DNA of 64,000 bases from the sequence record PV204681; one strand, given 5' to 3'. Source of the stretch: Escherichia phage vB_EcoM_JQD51. Each line of letters begins with the position of its first letter. Within the stretch, counting starts at the first letter, position 1. The notes beneath the pieces were generated by a model, which made no database searches, was not told the origin of the DNA, and saw only the letters and a list, made by a program, of their open reading frames with translations. Positions 50,457 through 59,712 of the stretch are shown piece by piece. A program made the translations under genes and the position numbers.

Positions 50457-50912
50457 TTAAGCTTTACGAGGAGACACATAGCGAGTGATTTCGGATTCTT
50501 TAACAACTCGGAAGTCACCTAAGAATACGATATTGTATAACTTTTCACCATCTTCAACCCATTGGTCACTGATGAAGCCGCACATAATATCAGTTTTGTT
50601 TGGATAACCATATTCGTCGATGAAATCAAATTCTTTATCAGTCCGGAATTCAACGCCTTTGCAAAGGGCCCATTTGAACTGTACATTAGGTTCAGTAGAA
50701 GCAAAATGAGCGCTCACATGAGTTTCCAAGAATTTAGGACTTACGTAAGCGTACTGAGTTTCAGTTTTTCCAGAACTAGGAATGATTCGAACTTTAACTT
50801 CTTTAACACGTCCAGTACCATTAGTACGAAGTCCTACCACTTCAACTAGACGACCTGCAGCTTTAGAACGAGATGCAGACGATACACGCTTAATTTCACC
50901 AATAGTAATCAT
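50457..50912 (-). CDS. MotB-like protein, paralog 2
   Basis: ORF track 50457..50975, start trimmed to Met at 50912 downstream of promoter; SRSKAAGRLVEV and FISDQWVEDGEKLYNIVF motifs. Confidence 0.5.
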   Translation of the reverse strand: MITIGEIKRVSSASRSKAAGRLVEVVGLRTNGTGRVKEVKVRIIPSSGKTETQYAYVSPKFLETHVSAHFASTEPNVQFKWALCKGVEFRTDKEFDFIDEYGYPNKTDIMCGFISDQWVEDGEKLYNIVFLGDFRVVKESEITRYVSPRKA

Positions 50913-50942
50913 AATTTCTCTCTCTTTGTTTAAATTGAATTC

Positions 50943-50972
50943 ATTATACTCCATCCATCCTTGGATGTACAA
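50943..50972 (-). promoter_or_regulatory. Early promoter with ccatccttggatg dyad in spacer
   Basis: Plus attata (50943-50948) and gtacaa-type -35; near-identical to promoters at 4462 and 51501. Confidence 0.5.
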
Positions 50973-50974
50973 CA

Positions 50975-51469
50975 TTAATTAAGGATATTAACCACAGCAC
51001 TACGTGGAACTACACTAAAATCACCTGCATGAACAACGTTCAGAAGTTCAACACCGTCTTCAATCCACTGATCAGTTACCCATCCATTTACTGGACCTGC
51101 GAACGGACGTCGAATTGAAACATATTTACACAACAAATCAGTAGGCTCAATAGGCTTAATCAGAGTACCGTACATACAAGCGATATCCATATCAATACAG
51201 ATATCTTTAACGGGTTCTACTTCTTCAATCAACAGTTCAAAGTCGGTGCTTGGAAGGGCGGTAGTAGAAATTGTACCATATGAATTTTTAATTTCTAAGA
51301 ATAACCAAGGGCCTTCAACTTGTTTGATGAAGTTAACAATAGTGAAACTATTACCTTGAGTGGCACCTAAAATTTCACAAAACTTTTCATAAGCTCGCAC
51401 TGAAGCACCATACCAGTTGATTTGTTTTTCATCTTTCAGGATGTAAGTAGCCGTTGTATTGATATTCAT
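50975..51469 (-). CDS. MotB-like protein, paralog 3 (about 164 aa, T4 MotB-sized)
   Basis: ORF track 50975..51511, start trimmed to Met at 51469 (SD aggaaa); C-terminal WVTDQWIEDGVELLNVVHAGDF motif. Confidence 0.5.
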   Translation of the reverse strand: MNINTTATYILKDEKQINWYGASVRAYEKFCEILGATQGNSFTIVNFIKQVEGPWLFLEIKNSYGTISTTALPSTDFELLIEEVEPVKDICIDMDIACMYGTLIKPIEPTDLLCKYVSIRRPFAGPVNGWVTDQWIEDGVELLNVVHAGDFSVVPRSAVVNILN

Positions 51470-51500
51470 AATGTTTTCCTGTTTGGTTAAGATAGAAAGA

Positions 51501-51530
51501 TTATACTCCAACCATCCTTGGTTGTAAACT
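51501..51530 (-). promoter_or_regulatory. Early promoter with caaccatccttggttg dyad in spacer
   Basis: Plus attata (51501-51506) / gtaaac (51525-51530), 18-nt spacer. Confidence 0.55.
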
Positions 51531-51534
51531 GGTT

Positions 51535-52212
51535 TTATCGCTGTTTTACACTTAACGGGTCAGGATTCTCAGGGACATCTTCAAGGCCAAGCGCATAACG
51601 CTGAGCATATTTTAACATCAAAATATCTTTAGCACAATCGTGAATACTATCATGGGCAACGAATCCTTTTAGCGTACCCATCGGTAATGGACACATACTT
51701 AATCCTCGTGTCAACGAGTAAGCTTCGATTGCTGTACGAATATCACGTTGAGCCCAGAATTTAACCGGTTCTAATTTATCAGTATCAATATCTGGTTCAA
51801 GAACACCTTCATCACGATAGAGGTCACGAATCAAATCGACCAAGATCGGGAAGTCAAAGCTCATACCACGGCACCACATCTGTGATTTCCATTGGTCAAC
51901 TTTATTAGCTCGACAATAATCTAAAAAGATTTTAATGCCTTCAAGCGTAGTGACATCGTCTTCAGACGGAGCCAGGTTTTTACGTGCTTCTGCTGATTGT
52001 TCTTTCCACCATTTCATAGTGGATTTAGCGAAAACTCGCTTCCCTTTTTGAGAAGCTAAATTAAATTTAATTCGCTTACCTCGTTGAACAAGTTCTTCAA
52101 ATGTTTCAACAACTTCAGGGTCCGAATTATATGCAATAACCGCAAGGTCAATAACAGCCGCTTTTGATGTATTGCCGAATGTTTCAAAATCTATAATAAC
52201 ATCAGTGCTCAT
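51535..52212 (-). CDS. dexA: Exonuclease A (DEDDh 3'-5' exonuclease)
   Basis: 225-aa ORF (T4 DexA 227 aa); N-terminal IIDFETFG exonuclease motif; upstream neighbour is dda. Confidence 0.85.
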   Translation of the reverse strand: MSTDVIIDFETFGNTSKAAVIDLAVIAYNSDPEVVETFEELVQRGKRIKFNLASQKGKRVFAKSTMKWWKEQSAEARKNLAPSEDDVTTLEGIKIFLDYCRANKVDQWKSQMWCRGMSFDFPILVDLIRDLYRDEGVLEPDIDTDKLEPVKFWAQRDIRTAIEAYSLTRGLSMCPLPMGTLKGFVAHDSIHDCAKDILMLKYAQRYALGLEDVPENPDPLSVKQR

Positions 52213-52221
52213 AATTTTCTC

Positions 52222-53535
52222 TCAAATAAAATGGACGTCAAACCGACCACGAGTTGTGCCAACATACAATAACTGTTTAGCTAATTCTGAATCGGCATAA
52301 TGGATACACGGTGTATAAACAAAGGCCGTGTCAACAGACATACCCTGGGCCTTATGGAAGGTCGATACTGGTAGTGCCTTCACCTTAGTGAACATACGTT
52401 TAGCATCCCAGAATTCGCTCCATGGAGCTTTACCACCTTTATTCCAAAATTTGTATGTTTCTGCGGTCTTAGCCAAAAACAAATTGAATTTATAAAGCTC
52501 TTCTTCAGAAGAAATAACCTTTATATCTTCGCGGATGTATTCTTCATCATCCCCATACGTTTCTACTGTAAGATTCCAGTATCGTATCATATATTCGCCT
52601 GAAACACCACGTGCTTTAACGAATGTAGACGTTTCTACAGCATCTCGAATACGAACGAATTGACCGTTATTGAAAAGCATTTCGGTCATATTTTTACCAT
52701 CTAGCTTATATGTCTTAGTAAACGGCTCTTGTAGAACAATGACTTCGTCTTTAATAAATGGTTTTTCTGTTTCAAGAAGTTTTCGGCGAATAATTGAATT
52801 TAACTTGTCCACCGACTTATTTGTGAATGCCATCATTCGATTTTCGAAAAGGTCTTCAGGAGTTTTAACGACGTTAAAATAGTTCATCATATACGATTTA
52901 AGGTCTGTATATCCGTGAACACCGTGCCCATCAACTACTTTATCGTAAATCCATTTGCCGTTACGAATATCAGTCGCAACATCAATAATTGGTGCATTGC
53001 TACGTTTAACTTCTGTAAGGTTGCATTGCACGAAGTCTTTGTGAGTGAAGAAAGGACTTAGATATGCAGTTGATTCGCCTGGGTCTACCGGACGAATCTG
53101 GCATCGGTCGCCGATTCCAATTACTGTACACCATTTAGGGATACTAGCTAACATTATTTTAAACAGAGAACGGTCGCACATTGACGCTTCATCAAATAAC
53201 AGTACACGGCACAAGGCTAAGTCTGGAACCTTTTTCTGTTCAAACAATACGTTTTCTTCGTATGTAGTTGGGTTGATTTTAAGAATGCTATGAATAGTCG
53301 ATGCTTCTTGACCCGCAAGTTTGCTTAGAACCTTTTTAGCAGCATGTGTAGGGGCTGCTAAAATAATACCTGATTCTCCAGAAGAAATAAGGGCTTCAAC
53401 GATGAATCTAGTAAGGGTTGTTTTACCTGTACCGGCAGGCCCATTAATAGTTACGTGATGTTTCTTTTCTTTAATAGCGTTCATAACAACGTTGAAGGCG
53501 TTTTTCTGGCCTTCAGTCAAATCATCAAATGTCAT
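52222..53535 (-). CDS. dda: Dda DNA helicase (SF1B)
   Basis: 437-aa ORF (T4 Dda 439 aa); Walker A GPAGTGKTT and collinear helicase motifs. Confidence 0.93.
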   Translation of the reverse strand: MTFDDLTEGQKNAFNVVMNAIKEKKHHVTINGPAGTGKTTLTRFIVEALISSGESGIILAAPTHAAKKVLSKLAGQEASTIHSILKINPTTYEENVLFEQKKVPDLALCRVLLFDEASMCDRSLFKIMLASIPKWCTVIGIGDRCQIRPVDPGESTAYLSPFFTHKDFVQCNLTEVKRSNAPIIDVATDIRNGKWIYDKVVDGHGVHGYTDLKSYMMNYFNVVKTPEDLFENRMMAFTNKSVDKLNSIIRRKLLETEKPFIKDEVIVLQEPFTKTYKLDGKNMTEMLFNNGQFVRIRDAVETSTFVKARGVSGEYMIRYWNLTVETYGDDEEYIREDIKVISSEEELYKFNLFLAKTAETYKFWNKGGKAPWSEFWDAKRMFTKVKALPVSTFHKAQGMSVDTAFVYTPCIHYADSELAKQLLYVGTTRGRFDVHFI

Positions 53536-53843
53536 CGTAAAGTCCCTGCAATTGGAATACTAACAATACGGCCTGTATCCAGGATTCGTTGATACAATTT
53601 TTGCGTCTCCGCATCTAGTTTAACGTGTTTCATTTCAAGCTTATTAAACCAGAACTTACGCGGAGTTTCGACCATTCTTAGAACTCCCATTTTTAAATCT
53701 GTTTTATACTGTGTTTTCAGAGTATCGAAAACTTTATCTGCAATATCCTTTCTAAAAAATACCGCAGGACGATGCTCGTCAAGTGGAACCGGGACAGTAA
53801 ATCCTTCCATATCTCGATAAACTATTGCATATACATAAACCAT
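53532..53843 (-). CDS. Hypothetical protein (dda.1 position)
   Basis: 103-aa ORF. Confidence 0.45.
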   Translation of the reverse strand: MVYVYAIVYRDMEGFTVPVPLDEHRPAVFFRKDIADKVFDTLKTQYKTDLKMGVLRMVETPRKFWFNKLEMKHVKLDAETQKLYQRILDTGRIVSIPIAGTLR

Positions 53844-53845
53844 AA

Positions 53846-54592
53846 TTAACCTTTAATCAGTTGGAATAATGATGCACTAAGTGGTAAGCCACGTTTCAAT
53901 TTTAATTTACCAATGAAACCAATCTTTTCAAAACGTTGCAGACCTTGGATAACTTTATCATATGTATCGAAAAGCGATTCAGCGTCAGTTAATTTAGTTT
54001 TAGTTTTCCAGTCAGAGCCTTTAAGAAGAACGTTGAGTTTAGTAAGTTCATGGCCTTCTGCTTGATGTGAGCCATTAATGCGTGCTTTCAAAGCAACAAT
54101 TCTAAGTTTAGATTCGTTAGATAAAGGTTGATTTTTCATCATGTTCGCCATATGCTTAACACGGTTTTCACGTTTTGCTCGGATTTTTAAAATAGTACCA
54201 TAAACCTTTTTAATTTGGGCCCATTTCTTCTCGTCGAGATTAAGTTTCTCTACTTTACGGGCAGAAGGATTAGCGATACGTCTTGCAACAGCGTCACGTT
54301 TCTCAATAAGTTCTTCTAATGTTAAATAAGAACGAGCCGTGTTATATTTTTTCTTAACTGGGATAACATTACCTTTAATGTAGCCTATATCATTATTAAA
54401 ACGTTCTAAGGATAATTTCTCACCTTCAACAGAGTTATTGAAAGATTCACCTGAGTAAGCGCAGATCTTTTGATCAAGAATGTTTTTAAGGTAATTAAAG
54501 TCTAAGTTAAAATCCTTAGAGCGTCTCTTCGCAGAAGCTCTAGTGTGGTCAAGACGACGATTGATTTTGTTAATTTTATTATTTGATAACAT
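53846..54592 (-). CDS. srd: Srd-like protein, by position and size
   Basis: 248-aa basic ORF between dda and modA as T4 srd; no motif verified. Confidence 0.4.
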   Translation of the reverse strand: MLSNNKINKINRRLDHTRASAKRRSKDFNLDFNYLKNILDQKICAYSGESFNNSVEGEKLSLERFNNDIGYIKGNVIPVKKKYNTARSYLTLEELIEKRDAVARRIANPSARKVEKLNLDEKKWAQIKKVYGTILKIRAKRENRVKHMANMMKNQPLSNESKLRIVALKARINGSHQAEGHELTKLNVLLKGSDWKTKTKLTDAESLFDTYDKVIQGLQRFEKIGFIGKLKLKRGLPLSASLFQLIKG

Positions 54593-54744
54593 AATATTTT
54601 CCTCTGTCTTACGGACGTTAGGTCATTTAGCTGATAAGCTTATAATATCATGCCCTCAGGTAGTGTACACTCTTTTTTCATAAAATGCTTTAATTTTTTA
54701 TGTGTTATAATGGTTCTGAGTTCCATCCGGTTATTCCAATTCAG

Positions 54745-55353
54745 TCAGTAACTGACAATAGACAGATTCCAGATTGTATAACGTCCATCTTGAATAATAG
54801 AATCTACACGCAGTGTAGTCCCTATAGGGAGCATAAATTCACATTCGTCAGATATAAGTCTAGCATTAGACCGTCTTGTCGCTTCAGGGAAAGCTCCATT
54901 GAACTCACAAGATGGCGCAGCCAGAATCATGTTAAGCATATGTTCACGGAAGTTGAAAGCAAATGGTGCATCTTTGATGCAGAACATATTAAATGTTCCG
55001 TAAAAATTATACGAAGCAAAGTTACGTGCTACACCGAACACTGGGCTGAAGCTCATTACTCTGTCAAATTTAATAATACTACCAATACCTTTATCATCGA
55101 GTGTGGCCATAGTTTTCTTAGAGATTCCACGATACATTGTCTCAGGAACAGAAGACGTCCAATTTCTACGAACGATTGAACTTAACTCCTGTTGAATACA
55201 GTCTGGCTTGTTTTCCATACACTGCCACAGTACACTTTGTTCAATGTCGCTGAATTGACTATCAATTTCGTACTGCAATACATCTTGATATTCGGGGTTT
55301 TGAGCACGACGAACCATTTCTTCAATTTCACACTCGTTATACGGCATAAACAT
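54745..55353 (-). CDS. modA: ADP-ribosyltransferase ModA-like (R-S-ExE class)
   Basis: 202-aa ORF; YRG ... SFS ... ECEF motif order; first of a tandem pair downstream of modB-like. Confidence 0.6.
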   Translation of the reverse strand: MFMPYNECEIEEMVRRAQNPEYQDVLQYEIDSQFSDIEQSVLWQCMENKPDCIQQELSSIVRRNWTSSVPETMYRGISKKTMATLDDKGIGSIIKFDRVMSFSPVFGVARNFASYNFYGTFNMFCIKDAPFAFNFREHMLNMILAAPSCEFNGAFPEATRRSNARLISDECEFMLPIGTTLRVDSIIQDGRYTIWNLSIVSY

Positions 55354-55412
55354 TTAGGTTTCTCCTCACGTTTCGATAAAGTAATCATAACACCGTCTGT
55401 GGTGGTTGTAAA

Positions 55413-55994
55413 CTAAAAATTCAACATCTTTAAGTGAATGATTTTGTATACTCGAGACAAAGGGTCATACTCTAACTCTTCGATTTCCACAATCTCAAAT
55501 CTAGAGATACTTGAAACCATGTACTCTTGTTCAGATTCAATCATATCTAGGACATCAACACGTGTTTCTTCCATAACATGCTTAGGGTTCTTTCCGGCGA
55601 GTACAATATTAACCATGTTTTGGTAGTAATCAAAAATGAATGGAGCATTCCTGAGACTAAGAATAGTGTACGTCTGATATTCCCATCTCCCAGAGAATTG
55701 ACGAGCTGTACTGAAATCAGTTGTGAACGATGTTACTCGTCCAGGAGACCAATGGCATCCAACAGAAAGAAGGGAAAGACGTTCTACTTCTTCTGGAGTT
55801 ACACCACGGTAGAGTTCTACTGGTACTGTAGAAGTCATATGCTTACGAACAAGATGGTCTAATTCATAGTGGAAATCCGGGTCTTCCTTAGAATCGGTGC
55901 AAGCCCAGAGAATGTTTTGTTCTTGGTGGGTGAATTTGCTATCAATCAGATTTGTTAGGTATTCACGTTCTTGAAGTTCAGATTGACATGTCAT
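55413..55994 (-). CDS. modB: ADP-ribosyltransferase ModB-like (R-S-ExE class)
   Basis: 193-aa ORF; LYRG ... SFT ... EQEY motif order; paralog of adjacent modA-like. Confidence 0.55.
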   Translation of the reverse strand: MTCQSELQEREYLTNLIDSKFTHQEQNILWACTDSKEDPDFHYELDHLVRKHMTSTVPVELYRGVTPEEVERLSLLSVGCHWSPGRVTSFTTDFSTARQFSGRWEYQTYTILSLRNAPFIFDYYQNMVNIVLAGKNPKHVMEETRVDVLDMIESEQEYMVSSISRFEIVEIEELEYDPLSRVYKIIHLKMLNF

Positions 55995-56210
55995 GATAGA
56001 CCTCCATTTAAAGATAAGCCTATCATAACACGAGAGGAGGGAATGTAAACTATTTTTTAAGCTTTCCTACTAAAGGTCCATCAGGACCAGGTTGTTCTAA
56101 CATGAATAAGGATGCTTTAAAAAGCAATGTCAACCCTTTCACCATTCGATACCATGTCTCAAAGTCTTTTTCCTTGATTTCTAGTAAGAATTTCTCTTTC
56201 AATTTCTCTT

Positions 56211-56402
56211 TCATTTCCAAGGACTCCATGGTGGAGGGTCGTCATAATAAGATGCAAGGTCTTTCAGGGCTTCAACAGGTAAACTAAAGCCGTGTCGTTG
56301 TATAATACTATCTAGTTCATCAACAAGTTCACTACGATGCACTTTAGGAGCCTCAACTTCAGGCTCGTCAAACATACTCATAAGGTCCATATTATTCACC
56401 AA
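56211..56402 (-). CDS. Hypothetical acidic small protein
   Basis: 63-aa ORF. Confidence 0.35.
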   Translation of the reverse strand: MVNNMDLMSMFDEPEVEAPKVHRSELVDELDSIIQRHGFSLPVEALKDLASYYDDPPPWSPWK

Positions 56403-56856
56403 GATAAAAACTAGCCGGTTCAGAGAATGTTTCTAGTGCTACACCTTTTGTCTTAAAAAATTTCCAAATAGCTCGCTGCAAATGGATTAAATCTGCTAAT
56501 GATGTAATAAAGTATTTTTTGGCAAAGTACTTATGGTCTCGCTTTTCAAACAGGTCTAAACGCTTTTCAGGATTCACATAAACTGCATTTTCAGTAGATT
56601 CATAACCTAAATCCTTTATGCCTTCTTCAAGACTAAACGGAGAATTTTTGGAACGAGTAATAGCTCCAACTCGCTCTACACGAATTTTGTAACCTTTAGG
56701 AATCTGCAATTTGCAGAATTCTTCTACGATATATTGCGGATTATTTAGACTTTTGTTAATGAGAATAGCTATTTCTAGTGGAGTCTTATCTTCTACTGGT
56801 ATATGTTTAAACGACTTGGCTTCAAGCAAATACATTTTAAATAACATAGCATCCAT
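56392..56856 (-). CDS. Hypothetical protein (mrh position)
   Basis: 154-aa ORF between modB and soc. Confidence 0.45.
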   Translation of the reverse strand: MDAMLFKMYLLEAKSFKHIPVEDKTPLEIAILINKSLNNPQYIVEEFCKLQIPKGYKIRVERVGAITRSKNSPFSLEEGIKDLGYESTENAVYVNPEKRLDLFEKRDHKYFAKKYFITSLADLIHLQRAIWKFFKTKGVALETFSEPASFYLGE

Positions 56857-57233
56857 TATAATTTCCTCGATGGTTCACCCATATAAAGTTTTACAATACG
56901 TTCGCCTTCATCTTCGACGAGCTTTTCTTCATGTTTCTGGAATTCTTTAGCCATATTCTCTTCAAGAACATCCAGCCAATCTTCTGGACCGACACCATCG
57001 TCCCAGCTTTTAAACCATTTAACTATCTTGTTCATTCGCAGCTCCCTGAGCTTGAATCACAATCAGAATAACTTGACCCAGAATCACCAGACCAAGACGA
57101 TACGTATGAATGATTATAACTTGAAGAGCTTGAAGCAGACTTTGGACGAATAACTTCTTCCATCATGCCGTCACCAATGTATTCCCAAGCCTTTTCACGT
57201 GTATCAGGAATAGGCATCATACCTTCGCCTGGT

Positions 57234-57461
57234 TTAACAGCAAACAACTTCTTCAGCATCGTAAGCATTAATTGTTCCTCGAACAAAACGAACACCACCA
57301 TCATCCCAACGGATTTCGGCATTAAATTTGACGTCTTCATCATCCATCATGAATGAGTGTACGACTACGTCGTCATAATATCCAAGACCATATTTCAACG
57401 AAACTTCTTGAGCAATCAAAGCACCTAATGTGTTATTAGGTTTAATCCAACGATTTAACAT
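57234..57461 (-). CDS. Hypothetical protein (about 75 aa)
   Basis: ORF track 57234..57530, start trimmed to Met at 57461 with SD aggag downstream of early promoter. Confidence 0.45.
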   Translation of the reverse strand: MLNRWIKPNNTLGALIAQEVSLKYGLGYYDDVVVHSFMMDDEDVKFNAEIRWDDGGVRFVRGTINAYDAEEVVCC

Positions 57462-57526
57462 ATTGTTCTCCTCTTGAGTAAGTAATAATATCTTAACACA
57501 GTTTTTAGTGGTTGTAAACTGTAGAA

Positions 57527-57554
57527 ACAAAAAAAGGAATCCCGAAGGATTCCT
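57527..57554 (-). terminator. Intrinsic terminator after soc (AGGAAUCC-uucg-GGAUUCCU + U7)
   Basis: 8-bp inverted repeat 57535-57554, A-run 57527-57535. Confidence 0.8.
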
Positions 57555-57562
57555 TAAATTAT

Positions 57563-57799
57563 TTAACCACTTACTGGTGTAGGGGTAAACATTGCAGCGT
57601 TCTTAGTTTTCCAAGTTGCTGCATCAGAAACGACATCAGAATAAGCTGCCTTTTCTGACGGAAAGATTTGGTAATGAGAATCCGCAATCCGATGTTCGTT
57701 TGAATAAATCTCAAACGGTACAGAAACTTCCATACCTTTAACTTCTTTGCCTTCACCTGCAGGATGCGTAAAGGTTTTGATATTAACGTAACCACCCAT
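57563..57799 (-). CDS. soc: Soc small outer capsid protein
   Basis: 78-aa ORF (T4 Soc 80 aa); GYVNIKTF...HYQ.FPSEKAAYS collinear with T4 Soc; late promoter upstream. Confidence 0.88.
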   Translation of the reverse strand: MGGYVNIKTFTHPAGEGKEVKGMEVSVPFEIYSNEHRIADSHYQIFPSEKAAYSDVVSDAATWKTKNAAMFTPTPVSG

Positions 57800-57822
57800 A
57801 ATTAACTCCTTTGTTGTTTAAT

Positions 57823-57830
57823 TACAGGTG
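57823..57830 (-). promoter_or_regulatory. Late promoter TATAAATA for soc
   Basis: Plus tatttata = minus TATAAATA, 24 nt upstream of soc ATG. Confidence 0.65.
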
Positions 57831-57844
57831 TATTTATAACTTAA

Positions 57845-58366
57845 TCAGTAACCATTATCCTGGCGTTCAAAGTTGTGTTGGTTTTTCAAGTAGTAAAGTT
57901 TAAAGATTTCTTCAGCAGAAAGACCCAGACCTTGGAACATGTTCAGAACGAAGTGCAGAATATCAATCATCTCAAATTTAATTTCAAGCTGGTCTTCAGG
58001 AGACAGTTCATCGATACGACGATTACGATATTCAGCATGTTGTGCTTTCCACGGCTTCCATACAGAGCTAGCTGCTTTTTCACCATTGCTCATACCACCA
58101 AGTGAAGTCAACAGTTCACGGAATTCATCGTCAATATAATCTTTCTGATTACGCAGCCAGTCAACAACATCGCCAGCAGTGGCTAATTCATCAGGATGTT
58201 TGTTATGTTCAGGCTTGTCATTTGCCAGACGAACCTGTAAAGATTTCTGCATATCAAGCATTACCTGCAGAGGGTCTTTATCTTCGTGAATCAGGGCATT
58301 AAAATAAGCTTCTTCTGCTTTATCAACACCAGAAATAAGTTGTGAACATTCGTTAAAGTGCGCCAT
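57845..58366 (-). CDS. 56: gp56 dCTPase/dUTPase (MazG-like dCTP pyrophosphatase)
   Basis: ORF track 57845..58381, start at MAHFNEC (58366); collinear with T4 gp56 (171 aa). Confidence 0.9.
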   Translation of the reverse strand: MAHFNECSQLISGVDKAEEAYFNALIHEDKDPLQVMLDMQKSLQVRLANDKPEHNKHPDELATAGDVVDWLRNQKDYIDDEFRELLTSLGGMSNGEKAASSVWKPWKAQHAEYRNRRIDELSPEDQLEIKFEMIDILHFVLNMFQGLGLSAEEIFKLYYLKNQHNFERQDNGY

Positions 58367-58456
58367 TATTTTTCCTTTCAATTCAGTATAAGAGAGTTTA
58401 ATTCTAACATTAATTTTATAAAGCGTAATAAATAATAAGGTAACTAAGGAGATATT

Positions 58457-58654
58457 ATGTTTAAACTTCCATCGTTAATCAACGCTATTAAAGGCAATAA
58501 AAAGAAAACTGCTATCGCTGCAATAGTTGTAGGTGGCATTATTTCATGGAACTTCGGGATTGCGCCATTGTTAGTTGCCCATGGTATTATAGTTCCTTCT
58601 GTTCCATTGGATACTGTAGTTGATTTGGCCTTTGCTATTATAGGACTTGTTTAA
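58457..58654 (+). CDS. Small predicted membrane protein (65 aa, two hydrophobic segments), opposite strand to flanking genes
   Basis: Strong SD (taaggag, 7 nt before ATG); hydrophobic AIAAIVVGGIISW / VVDLAFAIIGLV segments; sits in the 56-61 intergenic space. Confidence 0.5.
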   Translation: MFKLPSLINAIKGNKKKTAIAAIVVGGIISWNFGIAPLLVAHGIIVPSVPLDTVVDLAFAIIGLV

Positions 58655-59673
58655 ATCTTCGAATAACGAGATAATCTCATTTTAGCATGCAACCCACTTG
58701 AAATATTCTGTTTCATATATTCTAAAATTTCTTGTGGTGTTGCATTTTCTTTCATTACCATATCATTCACATCCTTTGAACTCCATGGAGCTCTATCCCA
58801 GAACATAACACGTTCGCCTGCATCTACTAATCGCTTCATACGAGCTATAGTATCCGGATGCCTAGGTTCATTATCCATCACCCATACCCGACGTTCTTTA
58901 AATGGTACCACATCTAAATCTATTGAGCCGCCTGTAATAGCGATTGCATTGGGTATGAATAAACTATCAATAGGGCCTTCCATTACCCAGACGTCTCCTT
59001 CCTTAACACGTTCAACACCATAAATTTTTGTTGCAGACTCAAACGCTTTAATAGTGATATATTTCTGAGGAGCATCTTTACGAAGTGCACGTCCTTGGAA
59101 TGACTCGGCCTTCCCGTCTTTATTAAAAATAGGAATCACTAAACGTGGTTCGGGAATCTCTTTCTTATACGTACCAGGTTGAATCTTGTTGACCAATTTA
59201 GGCCATTCTAATGTGAACCATAATCTGTTCCATGATTCTTTAGGAATGCATCGAGACTTAACATATTTCACAATAGGATGCTCTTCAGGCAGCTTGTCCA
59301 GACGAGAACAAGACGGCAAAGAATTTATAGTCTTTTTCTCCGGTTCTGGTTTATGTTCAGGAACCTTTTCAATCTTTGGTTCCATTCTAGCTTTTTCTTT
59401 ACGAACTTCCATTAGATATTCACGATAAAGCTCTTCGTCATACTCTTTTAAGTATCCGGAAATCGTATTATGATATTGACAGTTATAGCAATGCACATTA
59501 CCTGGAGTACCGCCATAATACCAACCGCGAGCTTTCATTGCATCTGTCTGGGAGTCGCCACAAACTGGACAACGAAATGTTAATTTAAATGTGCTTGAAT
59601 TATTGATTTGTCTAAAACGAGGTAGGTGAGAAAACGCACGATAAGCAAATTCATTATCTATCCATTCAGCCAT
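58651..59673 (-). CDS. 61: gp61 DNA primase
   Basis: 340-aa ORF (T4 342 aa); zinc-ribbon CPVCGD...CYNC and TOPRIM region. Confidence 0.92.
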   Translation of the reverse strand: MAEWIDNEFAYRAFSHLPRFRQINNSSTFKLTFRCPVCGDSQTDAMKARGWYYGGTPGNVHCYNCQYHNTISGYLKEYDEELYREYLMEVRKEKARMEPKIEKVPEHKPEPEKKTINSLPSCSRLDKLPEEHPIVKYVKSRCIPKESWNRLWFTLEWPKLVNKIQPGTYKKEIPEPRLVIPIFNKDGKAESFQGRALRKDAPQKYITIKAFESATKIYGVERVKEGDVWVMEGPIDSLFIPNAIAITGGSIDLDVVPFKERRVWVMDNEPRHPDTIARMKRLVDAGERVMFWDRAPWSSKDVNDMVMKENATPQEILEYMKQNISSGLHAKMRLSRYSKI

Positions 59674-59712
59674 AGTATTCTCCAGAGGCCTTAAATTAAT
59701 AAGGCCATCATA

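Noticed and set aside
54700-55179. 159-aa plus-strand ORF
   Set aside because: Antisense to the ModA-like ART gene, whose motif-supported frame takes precedence.
57032-57343. 103-aa ORF overlapping 57234..57461
   Set aside because: Overlaps the better-supported SD-led 75-aa gene in another frame; only a short Ser-rich C-terminal part (about 57032-57220) might be real, too uncertain to annotate.
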